Shown here in pieces: positions 24,570 through 36,967 of a stretch of DNA of 64,000 nt. The DNA lies in the NCBI GenBank assembly GCA_045837725.1, contig JBEWZL010000126.1, positions 124,001 to 188,000 of the forward strand. Reading direction: 5' to 3'. Position 1 is the stretch's first letter, and each line of letters opens with the position of its first letter. The translations under genes and the position numbers were made by a program. Origin of the DNA: Vermamoeba vermiformis (Eukaryota). The notes beneath the pieces are model-generated. The model saw only the letters and a list, made by a program, of their open reading frames with translations, made no database searches and was not told the DNA's origin.

Positions 24570-25789
24570 ATGGGGCTTTGTTCTTCACGGATCGAAGAGC
24601 AGACAAACAGCGTCGATTTAAAAGTGAGTCGTTTAATTACGCCTTTATAATTGTATGAATTAAATGATGCATCGGACAACGATCAACTCGATAACGCCAC
24701 GATCTCTCTTGAAAAAATACTAATTAAATATTCAAAAAATCAGGTAAATTCTCCAGCCTCATTAGACCACTTAACACGCAATGGAATGCCATTAGTAATC
24801 AAAACACTATTATTAGGAAGTCCTGGGTAAGTTTTTTCATTGACTAGAGAATCTTCGATTGAAAAATTCAAAGTGGGGGAAGATATTTATTTAATTCTTA
24901 TAATTATAGGTGTGGTAAAACTGCATTAATGACGAGGTAAATTTATCGTTCTTCGATGATCAATAACATTAGAAAAATAGCCTCCGAAACAGATCTAATC
25001 AAATCCATTTAGATACGTTAAACAAGAGTATATGGACTCTTATAAAGCAACAATAGGCGCAGATTTCTTATCAAAACAAATTATTGTCGGAAAATCAGCC
25101 GCGTCCATTCAAGTAAGTGAAAAGCTTCAATTAGATCCGCCTTTAAACTTTAATTTCCTCCATATTTTACTAATAATAGTATAATATAGATTTGGGATAC
25201 AGCTGGGCAAGAGCGATTTAATTCACTTATTAGCGCTTTTTACAGAGGAGCCGATTGCGTAGTACTAGTAAGGAGTCAATTTAATCGATTAAAATTGCTT
25301 ATACGAATATTAATTTGTTATTATATTTAGGTGTTTGACTTGACTGAAAGAAAAACATTATTTGATTTAGAAACAGTCATCGAGACATATCAAAAATTCA
25401 GCTCAAATCCAAAGACGATATTTTTCATTGCCGGAAACAAGTCAGATCTCGTTGATCGTTGCGTGGTATGTCTATAATATTAATATATTATAGTCTTACT
25501 TACATTGCTTTGGTTAGGTCACAGAATCAGAGGTTCAAAATTGGATCAAAGCAAAAAGTTTAACGAACACGCATTATTACGAAACTAGTGCTAAGTCTGG
25601 TAAGTATAAATGATATAATTAGTGTTTTAATAGATAATTAATACGGGCATTTGATTATAGGAGAAGGAGTTGAAGCATTATTTTCGCATTTAGCCCAATT
25701 AGCGTTGCAAAACATGTAAGTAGCCTTTCCTTGCACTATAGAGCGTATTAATCTAATATCGTACATATAGAAACCATGATTCGAGCTAG
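24570..25789 (+). CDS. Rab-family small GTPase (Rab7-like motifs) with N-terminal MGLCSS extension
   Basis: G motifs [38 protein letters not shown] and ETSAK are spread over about 9 exons. The predicted C-terminus is QNINHDSS*. Confidence 0.88.
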
Positions 25790-26134
25790 TTTGGCGATAG
25801 TTGGGTTTGTACAAAGTGTAAATAATAAATTATTTATTTATGATGTTAAATTAAGTGATAAGGAGCGGTCAAACTACGATTTATTAAATAATAAGAATTA
25901 AGCCAACAGCAGCTGGCGCCAGTTTAACAGTGGATGGATCTACCGAAGAACTGAACTAACTGTGGGACTTCAATTCAGCTTCTGGAATAAGGAGTAACAA
26001 CTATGTTACGTCTAAATTTGAGAAAGAAAGAACAGCAACGTGTTTATAAAAGTATTAGTACAGGAGATGAAGCAGCTAGGCTTGTAACGGCCAAGTGCTA
26101 GTCATCAAATTAACAAAAAAGGTAAAGGAGTTGC

Positions 26135-27796
26135 TTATTTATCCTTCTTAGCTTTGGCTTTGCTAGCGCTAGTTCCTTGAACTCCTTTAGCGCTCTTGCC
26201 GTTAGCTTCAGATCCCTTCTTCGGATCTTCAGTCTTGCCACCAAAGAGTACTCCAGTAGCTACAAATTGTAATTAATACGGCACATTATTATTATAAATA
26301 AAAGTCGTCAAATAAGCAACAGAAATAATGCAAAATAATTGATCGAATTTTGGATCCGTAATAGAGGGCAATTGAAAGAAGTATTTGTTATGTATATATG
26401 ACGTACCTTGCTTGATAATTTCGGCGAACCAATAAGTATTCAACAAGCTGCTAATGACACCCATGGTAAAGAAGATCTTCCACATGATCTGATGGTACTC
26501 AGTCATTTCGCTCAATCGAGAGCTAGGAATCTCCCAAAGGAGATACAAGTAGTAATTTCCACCAATCATACGAATGACCAAGAACAACAGAGCAAAGCAG
26601 ACGGAAATGTAGAATTGGATCTTATGGAACGTATCGCCTTTGAAAAAGGAAATATTAGCGATCATATATTGATATTATAATGTATAATGGTATTATATAC
26701 CTCTCTTCTTAGTAGGATGAGATTTGAGCATTTCCATCATGACGAACGGATTCATAAACACAGTGGTAGCTTCGTACAACAAATAAGTCAAAGCGAAGTA
26801 GTGTAACATAGGCGGGAACTATATATAAACAATTAATAAGCGCTCTGCATAATCGCGTAATTATTTCAGACGGGCGCATCCAAAACGAATCTGAGTATTT
26901 TACTTTGGGTTGCGTTTCGTCTTAAGACTCCTTATAATACTCTAATTTACTTACCTGAACACCAAGAAACACGATTCCGCAATAAACTGCGTGCACTAAG
27001 AAGCCGTAACCAATAATGGACAAGTGCTTAATGCAGATCAACAGATCCCAAACAAAATAACCACCAGAAATCGCCGTTACTAGGTTGGATATATATGAAG
27101 TTTGGAAAATAACGTCCTATATAAGAAAACGTTATTAGATTGCTCTCGAAAAAATTAAGTCCGATCCGTAATATTTTATGACTTTAAGACAGGTCGTAGC
27201 GCGGTGTTATTATTGTCGTTATATGAATTGACAATTATAATGTATATATTAATTGCTATAAGATTAAATAGTGAAGTGTAGTGATAAACGCAAGTGATTA
27301 TGGAAATTATGGTAAATTACAGAATGACAGTTGACTTACCTTGGGTAATACGCCTTCAAAATAGAGACCATAAATAGACAATGGAAGGACTATGCAAGCG
27401 TGAACCATCGAAGCAACTCTACAAATAGACAGATGGCGGTCAGATATTTTCTTTGCATTCCAAAAATTGATAATTTTACGTATTTAACGAGGATATTATC
27501 ATGATTATCGGTATATAATATTAAAAATAATTAATCGGCAATTTGATTATTCAGATCGACCGTCATCTGAATTAATTTTCTAACCGCCGGCGGTGACTCT
27601 TCTCCAGATAATTAACATACCTTGTAGACCAATCAATTTGACTTGTTCTAGGCAAGTGCGCATATGTAGATGATAGGCGCTTGCTCAAGGACTCTCCAAC
27701 CACGTAGACGATCGTGAAGAACAAAGCGCTGGCAGCGATGCGAGGCAGAGTCGTGGATAAGTACTCCGCGTAATATTTATCGTGCACGCTGGCCAT
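26135..27796 (-). CDS. TLC (TRAM/LAG1/CLN8) domain membrane protein, TMEM56-like
   Basis: WSTR|VASMVH, GYFVWD, FLVH, YEATTVFMN, FLVIRM and LLNTYWFAEI motifs; C-terminal KKDK* dilysine ER-retrieval signal. Confidence 0.85.
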
Positions 27797-28227
27797 GGTT
27801 TTATGTTTAATCAATCAATTAAGAATGATTTTGTTGTGCTGTGTTCTTCACTGCAAGAGATCTGCTGAAAAATTAGTTTGTGTGCAATCTTGCGAGTCGT
27901 TGCCACTGTTGATATTGTAACAGCCATAGAAGATGCTAGTATCAACGAAGTATTGCTCGGTACTAGCTATCCGAAGTTTTTAGCTCGATTTTGGATCGAG
28001 TTTTCCAAATCAGACTCGAATCCGTTCTTCCTTGGTCAGATTTCCGCACTAATGGCCACTAATTCCTTGCGATAATGTACTTTCTCCCTTTTGGTCGTTA
28101 AATTTCGCTAGCCCAGAGTTCAAAAAGAATGGCGCAAAAAAATTCGTCATAACTTTTTAATTGAACACTTAAGCTCCATAAAGGATTGTAAAAATAGTAA
28201 TATTTGTAAATAATATAACCTTCAAAA

Positions 28228-30356
28228 ATGGTGCTTGAAGCTACTATGATTTGGTGAGTAACAATTAATTTTCGGAGTGCTTCATCCGAATCAACTATTT
28301 GCGAGTGCCTGTATTAATCACAGCCTATTAGTATCGATAATTCCGAATGGATGAGAAACGGAGATTTTGCTCCCAATAGATTTGACGCACAAAAAGAGGC
28401 TGTCCATTTGGTTGCAGGAAGCAAGACTCAGTCAAATCCAGAAAGCAATGTTGGTCTAATTTCAATGGCTGGCCGCAAGTAAGCATAAATATCATTATTA
28501 TAATTTTTTGGGAATTATAGGAGGCTCAGGCAATTTAGAATTTTATTCACAATATTTTTCAAAAATAGAAAAACTTTTCGTCATCAAGCAAAATAATTTT
28601 TGTCGTGTAATATTTCGTTCGTATGTAATAATGTAGGCTAATATTTATTTTTTCTTCGTTAGCGTCGATGTATTAGTCACTTTGACTCAAGATCTTGGTA
28701 AAATTATGGCCGCCATTCAAAGCGTCAAGGTTGGTGGCGACTCAGACTTTGTTTCAGCTCTTCAGATCGCTCAGGTAAATAATTAAGGCTTAATTATTGA
28801 ATTACCGATTATTACGATTTTATTCAATTTTGGTTGGTAAATTCAAATTAAATTCAGAAATTACTTCCAACCACTATACTTATTTCATATCAATTCAATT
28901 ATCAGCATCCAATTTATCGCCCTATAATCGTTTTTCCAATTCGACGCTGGATGCGCAAAGTTTTTTTGTAACGGGCATAACTTAGTCCCAGCAACGATTG
29001 TGGATTGAAATATGCATCACAAGTCATATATACTAATCTAATGCATTTATAGCTCGCTTTGAAGCACCGTCAGAACAAAAGACAAGAACAACGAATCGTC
29101 ATGTTCGTGGGCAGTCCAGTCAAAGCCACCGAACAAGAACTCGTCAGACTTGGTGCTCGTATGAAGAAGAACCAAGTCGCCGTCGACATTGTCAACTTTG
29201 GCGAAGAAGTGTCGAACAAACAGAAATTAGAAGCCTTCATCAATGCTGTAAATAGCTCTGAGAACAGGTACGTGTCTTTTTGTTTTGTTTGCCGGAAAAT
29301 TTATAGAATTTATTTTATTCGCACGTACGTCGCTACGTTTTATCATCCCATAATAGTGTTGTGAGTGATTCGTTGCGCGTTTGACATTTAAAGAATAGAA
29401 ATTCCTTTTTTGGAAATAGATCTTTTGAGGGAGTCTTGAGAGACGAGTGTGTTAATTAATACGCATGCAGTTAGCATTAGGACTCCTATAAACACATCTT
29501 GATAACGCTCTTTATTATTTTGTCGGATCTTGACCTAATTTTTTTGTTACATCCAGTCACTACATTGAAGTCCCTGCTGGTCCTCATTTGTTGTCAGACG
29601 TTTTGCTCACGTCTGCCCTCGTTGCTGGTGAAGCAGGTCTCAGCGGTGCCTTGCAAGGAATGGGTGGTGCCGGTGGCGGTGGTTTTGAGTTCGGATTTGA
29701 TCCCGCTATGGATCCCGAACTTGCCTTGGCCATGCGTTTGTCTTTGGAAGAATCACAGCGTGGTGCTCAACCTCAAGGAGGAGATCAGCCTGCTGCTGAG
29801 GCTAAGCCCGCTGAATCAGCTCAACCTAAACGTAAGTACCTGTCTATGGCACTATCCCAGTTCAGATCTGCAAATGTTTTCTCGCTTAGCTTATGTAGAA
29901 TACCGTACTAATGGCAATATTACTGTTATAGCCGCCGAGGCCATGGAGACAGATGATGACGATGAGTTGTTGCAACAAGCCTTGGCCATGTCACGTCAAG
30001 AAAACAAACCACAGCCGCAAGAAACCAAGCCGCAAGCACAACCCGTTGATGCTATGGAGGACGATGACGACGAAGAATTGAGATTGGCTATGCAAATGTC
30101 ACAACAATCAAGTCAGCAGGTAAGCAACCGAGATAAGCAAGAGCACGAATCCGGATCTTTTTTCTACCCACCGCGTTTGAGGTGTACTAACAATTTGCCA
30201 ATATAGACTTCGAGCCAAACTCAACCACCACAACAGAGCGGAGATTTTATGGCTAGTGTGTTGTCTTCATTGCCGGGCGTCGATCCAAACGATCCGAACA
30301 TTAAAGGCATTTTGGAGGCTATGAAGAAGGACGAGAAGAAAGAAGATAAGAAATAA
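28228..30356 (+). CDS. RPN10: 26S proteasome ubiquitin receptor Rpn10/PSMD4
   Basis: [57 protein letters not shown], further UIMs and LPGVDPND. Confidence 0.96.
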
Positions 30357-30905
30357 GCTTACCAGTTAACTTGCAATTTACATGTAGATCTCATTAAACA
30401 ATTTAAACCTTTTTTGATTGCAAGCGCTATTTTTGTTTGATTCGTAAACGAGCCCAATGTTTGACAAATTATGGCGTAAATAGCCTAGCACACGGCACTA
30501 ATTAAAATAAGGTATGTTATCACCGGCCTATCCGTAGGTTTTTCTCCGACCACAGCATCCACCCTCCAAGATATCCATTGGCCAAAAAATATCAAACAAA
30601 TCGATGAAATTAGCGGAAATTATTTAGTATTAATATGCGTACGTAGATCTTCAAATACTTGTTGCAGTAAATTTCCGATCAATTTTAGTGGACCGTCAAA
30701 AAGTTCAACGACCGATTTTAAACGCGTCATTCAATCCTATGGACTGGATTAGGAAATGTCAAATTGTTAACCCGGATCTTTAGGTTTGGATGTGCAACCC
30801 GATATCTGTGGTGTGATTTGCTTCTCCTAAATTCCAGGAAGTTCATGCGCTATTATTTAATTTAATCGGGTTGAAGTTATTGCAAATATCAATTTACCAG
30901 TAGCA

Positions 30906-33898
30906 ATGGCGACAACAAAGAACGAAAAGCCCAATGAACCAGTACGTACCATTGTTGGTATACTTTGTTAGGCCGACGACGCTAATTATTATTCATTACA
31001 GATTATCCTTCATTTTGAGTGGACAGCGAAAAAGAATGAAGATGTTGTACGTACACAATTGGATCCACATTTAATTTCGAGACGGGTGATTGACGCAGTA
31101 TTTTACAGGACACCGCTATCGCTGCATTGAAAGTATCGACGGATCATCAGTTAGCTCACTGCCCTGGAGTAGACACATACGCTTTCAGACGCGTAAATGC
31201 AAATACGATTCGTCTAACGGAGGTCTATCGTGACACGAAGACGTTTTGGTCGCACATCCCCAGCGGATCTTACGTCTCCGACAAGCTACAGTTTTTATTC
31301 GACACATCAATTCGTGACCATGCAACTGGTGTTGGTGTCGGACAACTTCCTGAAGGCATTGAAGCAACGGTGAAGCTGATTGGTGGTCATTCGTCCCCGC
31401 TCATGGCAGGATTTGTGCTCAACCCGTCATTTTCTCCGCTCAACATCAAGCCTGTCTTGCTCACTATGCTTATCAAGAATGGATTCGAAGAGAGCTCGCG
31501 AGATTTTGTTCTGAAAGCGTTGGATCCGCTCGTTAGTGCAGCAGCAAAAAATCAAGAAGTTCGAACCTGCGCAGTGTTTCATAATGAAAATGACGTCCAG
31601 CTCACCGTTATCTCGGCCTCAGATTCGGCTATCGCTTCAATTCTCACTTCAGCCAACTTGGATCCGCTTCGCAACCAGTTTCAGCTTGCTACAGAGCTCT
31701 GTGGTAACATTAGTGCGGAGTCTCACGAGCAGATATTGGCAACAGGTCTCGCCTTTGATACGAAGAAAGAACTAGATGCTGGATACATCCTTCACCCTGC
31801 TTGTTTTATTGCCACGAAACCCGAGTCGAACACGTCCTTGCAGCCATCGTCCCTCTCAGCGCCACCAACAACGGAGTTATTTACGCTTGTCATAGACCCT
31901 TATACGAAGGAGGCAACAGCTATTCGATTCGCTCAGAGTGCCCCAGGTCGTTCACCACATCAATACAAAGCAGGCACGCCTAGTCAAGTAGTGACGACTG
32001 AAGGGACCCTCGAAGTGCCCTTACTCCACATTGTGCGCAAACTTTCAGGCTCTGGAGGAACCGACCTTGAAATAGCCATTCCTAAACTCTTTGGCCTATT
32101 GGAACGATTGCGCTCGTGGCAACGGAGTGTTCTTCTGTTCAACCGTTTGTTTGACCATGGCGAGCAATTGACCGAAGAAGAACAGTACTTTGTCGAGACG
32201 TTTGTCGAGAATTTGAACAATGTTGGATATCCTCAACGAGCCAAAGACAAGCGCGTGAACATTGATGGCTTGGACGAGTTCATTCAGACGATTGAATGGG
32301 CCATGCGCGAGATCATTGAACCTGCCCGTGCCTCACTCGCAACAGCACACCAAGTCACGTACAAAGGCTTAATGGAAGCGTTTCCGATTGGCTCAATTGT
32401 CGTTGGACAAGCTGCTGGTCTCGGCGGGGCTCTGGTGGCCTATCGTGTCTTCGATTGCTACATGAGCACGCAGCGGTCCATGTTCGGCACGAGCAAGTAC
32501 ATCTTCACTCTTGGCCTCGAGTTCGTGGTCAACTTGGGCGCTCATTTTTGCGTGTGCAACTTTGAAGACAAGATTGAAGAGTTTGAAGGTGAACGTGACT
32601 TGGCGAGTCTGCCTTATGTGCCCTTGACATCACGTGCTAATGAACGATCAATGTTGATTTCTCGTGGCAAAGCTGTGGCCGAGCTTGGCGTCAAACCAGT
32701 GTACCGATCGTACGCGTCTGGTGCTTTCTTCGCTCATCTTGCAGGCAGCTCTAGCGGCGCAGCAGCTACCACTGGCGTGCATCAAGCAGGCTCAGGACGA
32801 TGCATGGTCGATAATGAACGAGGTCTGTTGCTTGGACACGCCCCTGGCGTTTCATACGATGGTGCAGGCATCGCTATTCAATCAACGATTAAAGTCTATC
32901 GTGTCGCTGTTCGTGCGTCACATGAAAACGAATCTGAAGCTGCCAAACAAGAACGCATTAAGAACGCACGACTACGCTTGTTCAAACACCTGCCAAGCCA
33001 CTTTGAAGTCATAACTTGGCCCGCGGTCGTGGCCTACAGCTTCACATGGAAGACTTGGGGTCACGTGCTCACGAGTGGCCTCAGCGAAGTTCAATTCAGC
33101 GACGAGCCGTGGAACCAACTTGTGCTTCCAAAACGAACCAAAGAACTTCTGTTTGCATCAGCTCTCTTCAATCTGAGCGGTGCTCCAGGCGTCGGTGATT
33201 TGATCAAAGGCAAATCTCAAGGCGCTTTGTATCTCTTGTACGGCCCTCCAGGCACCGGAAAAACTCTAACAGGTACGGATCCAAATTTCAATTTTATCAG
33301 GCAGGGGTCTTATTTAGTATTTTTTGCAGTCGAGGCTATTTCCGAGAAGTTCAAATTGCCACTTTACACGGTGTCTCTTGGTGAGCTCGGTACTGGTGCC
33401 CAAGAAGTTGATGCAGCGATCAACAACATCTTAGCACTTTGTGCACAATGGAAAGCAATCGTGTTGCTCGATGAAGGTGACGCATTGCTGGAACAGCGAG
33501 AGAAAGGCAAGCTGCAAATGAATTCATTGACTGGCGTGTTGTTGCGATCGTTGGAGAACTTTGACGGACAGCTGTTTATCACCTCGAACAGACTTCAACA
33601 CATTGACCGTGCTGTCCTGTCACGTGTCACTTTGGCTGTCAAATACGATGAATTAGACGCAGCTGCACGTGCTTGCATTTGGCGCAACACGCTCACTCGT
33701 GCGGGAGTGGACTTGTCAAATTTAGATACCGATGCTCTGGCTCAGTACGAGATCAGTGGCCGAGAGTTGTTGCACATTGTCAAGCTCGGATTGGCACTGG
33801 CATTCTATCACAAGTCACCGTTGACGCAAGAGCTCATTGTTGCTGCGTTAGAAGAGAGTCTCGAATTCAGATCTCACTTTCCTACAACGAGTTATTAA
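30906..33898 (+). CDS. AAA+ ATPase with a long N-terminal region (possible dimeric alpha-beta barrel/ABM-like domain)
   Basis: Walker A GPPGTGKT, Walker B LLDEGD, sensor TSNR and SRV. There are two short 5' exons and an in-frame intron near 33273-33329. Confidence 0.85.
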
Positions 33899-34103
33899 TT
33901 CTGGAGTTTTTAATAAAAAAAGCTTAATCAGTGGCACAATAATTTCACCATGTCTTCAGTGAGATGTGAATTCGATACCGAATCTTAGCTTGTTTAGAGC
34001 GTTAGTAATTTTTTCTATGTAATGGTACATTTAATTTTCGCTATTCGCAAAGCGGAGTGTAATCTGAACTTTTACTTATTGTAGCCTGCTTGTGATTATG
34101 AAA

Positions 34104-36194
34104 TCATGGTGCTTGTGGTGTTTGTTCTGAATCTAGTTTTTCTACGTGGCCGTCTCTTACTCGCGCGACCATGTCGAACTCGGATATATTTGTGCACTTC
34201 CTAAAGAACCAAGAACCTTCTTCGAGAGCTGTTCTGACCATTTCTTCATCGACGTCTTGGTTGCTCCAATTCTTATAATGAACGCTGTGATAAATGAACG
34301 GTTCCTCCGGCATTATTCGCTTGACTGCGTTGATCACCACGTGTTCGTCGGGCACTAAGCTATTTCTATATGAAAATAAGATGTCCCAGAAGTCTTGTGA
34401 CGACACGAGTTTTTCTATGACAGATCTGCTGAAGACTTTCCACTGCGAGGCTTTGATCATCGGATTAACATACTCTGGATAGATTGGCTCAAACTTAGGG
34501 TGCAATGCTGCTCTATAATGAGAACATTCTTAAATTATTAATAACGGATCTGTGAAAAAATTGAGATCTGTACTGACCTTATTGAGGAACCACAATCAAC
34601 CCAAACATCATTATATCGATATCTAGAGTCAAATATAGTACACGAATCATTATGACCTTGCGAATAAGCCGTTGTAAACGGACATTCGATGACCGATTTG
34701 CCGTTCAACTCTTTGACACGTTGTTCGATGACATCTGCTGGCACAATGAAGCCATCAGTGTCGCTCAAATTAATCATGTAGTCCCAGCCCTCCATCTTGA
34801 GCAGTTCTAGCCATGCGTTAACTTCGAGGTACACCAATGAAATACCTCCCCAATTGCCCAACCAACGAGTCGGCAGCACTTTGACATCAGGATTGTTCTT
34901 CATCACTTGCTCGTATTCTTTTGCTTTGGGTGCGTTGTAATCGTATGTAGAGTAGATAATGGTGTCCGGGTGTGATTTGTTCTAAAAATAGAAAGTAAGG
35001 ATCTGACAGACACCGAAGAAAAATTTTAACCAGTAATAATATGCCATTTTAACTTGTATAAACGTGTTATTCTTTTTAATAGAAGGCTGTTGTGTAGCTG
35101 TTGTGAGGTTCTTTACGGAGACTTACGTGGATGTGATCGAGTGAGATCTGTAGAAACAAAGGCGAATGAGCACTCATGAGTAGATAAGCTATTTTTGGAT
35201 TATCGTAGTTCGGTTTGTACACTACTCTAGCTTGATTCTTGAACTCAAGTGTCAAACTCGCCATCCACAAGTCATTTTCGGTCAACACGTTGTACGTGAG
35301 ATACGGCGAACTGTTCTGCATTAGCACGCAAAAAAATACTCTAATAAGTACTTACATGTTACTCAGGATGGATTTGAGTCTTAGATCCTCGAGATAAGTA
35401 TGACCAGGGCACAGACTCCTTTGAAAAGTCTCAACGCACGTCAATGGTGCGCGGTATATTCCTCCTTGTTGAACACGTGCGTAATGGTAGTATGATTCAA
35501 TCAGCTCCGTACTGTTGTCGCACGCTACAAAAAAAAAAGACAAGGCGTTAGATTGAGTAATGATTATCTTGAACTCAAATAACTACTACGGGCTTATTAT
35601 TTTTGGAATCGTTATTACATGTATCAAAACTGTGTTGCAGATCCGCTGAAGTGTCAAAATGTCAATGACTTACTTATATTGAGGTTTATAGGCTGGTGCT
35701 CCTCTTTTTCAACAAAGACTTCTGGACTTAAATATGCGCGTATATAAGCTACATTGTCAAGGTCTTCATCGCTTCCGATCAGATCTGGCACCTGGATCTC
35801 TAGTCCTGGCACATGAGAAGGTAAAGGTACTTCTATCATTGTCGGAAAATTCATTTCTTCAGAGGCTAATTCTTCTTCTTCGTGTGTTATGAAGAATTTG
35901 GTGTTTAATACGAGACCGACCAACACTAATGCCAGCAAGAATACAAATAACGACTTCGTTGCTATCTTATCGCTACAAGCAATGCAGCGCCTAATTAGAG
36001 AACTGTCAGGGAATATGCACGCTGTAATTATAATCCAATGTAAGAACTTGAAATTTGCTTTAATCAACAAAATTTTCACGTACGGAGTCAATTGATATGA
36101 TCATCTAAATAACTCAATTTGCAATCTGTTTTTCGTCGTTATTTATTAAGATTCACATGGTAAACATTACTTACGTAGATATACCGGCATTCAT
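34104..36194 (-). CDS. Glycosyltransferase family 14 (Core-2/I-branching or xylosyltransferase-like), type II membrane
   Basis: N-terminal TM, then IAYLLMSAH, WGGISLV, WDYMINLSDTD, SQW, PDE and FFRK motifs. The start is approximate. Confidence 0.72.
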
Positions 36195-36967
36195 GTTAAA
36201 TCTCCTGCAGCGTAAACAATTAAAGCGTAAGGCAATGATGCAACAAACGAGTCTTTGAAACGAGATTAATAAGCATTTGGAAGAAGTGTCGATTTAAATA
36301 ACAAACAAGACAAATTAATCAAACTTTCTCCGAATCGTCTTCAATATCTCCAATTATGTAAGCATACGCCGATCAAATTATATACTTTAAACGAGTATTT
36401 GCTTGTTTTTACCTTGATTCTGCGTCGCAGTAGCAAGATGTCTTTTGAATTTCGATTGCAACATTGGTTCAAGTTGTATTTCCTTAAAATAGACCGTACA
36501 TGGAAATACTGCGAATCATTAAAAACTTGAATTAATTTTAATTATTTAGCAAGGAATTAAATTATTTTTCAATATCAACGCGATGTAACTTACCAACAGG
36601 TTGATGCACCTTGACCAGAATTACTGGAATTTTTCGATCGGGTAATTCTTCAGGGCAACAAAAAAATCTGAAATAAACTGCTAATGCTTTCCTAAATCTT
36701 GTAATTCAGTTACGAAGGCTTTGAGATTTTTGTAAAATTCTTGGCGGGAGGTTGAAGATTTGTTGCATCCACCAGGCTTTACGGCTTGTGTTGCATCATT
36801 ACAACAGATGCTCTGCTTGATTCGAATCTTCTACGAAGCTTGAATGACAGTTGCACATTAATATCTCCTCCGCCTTGTATTTGCGCACAAAATAAATTCA
36901 AAAATAAAAATTAAAATGTACTTAATTTCATTTTATTTCTTCGTGATGAAATGTACATGCTTATCAA

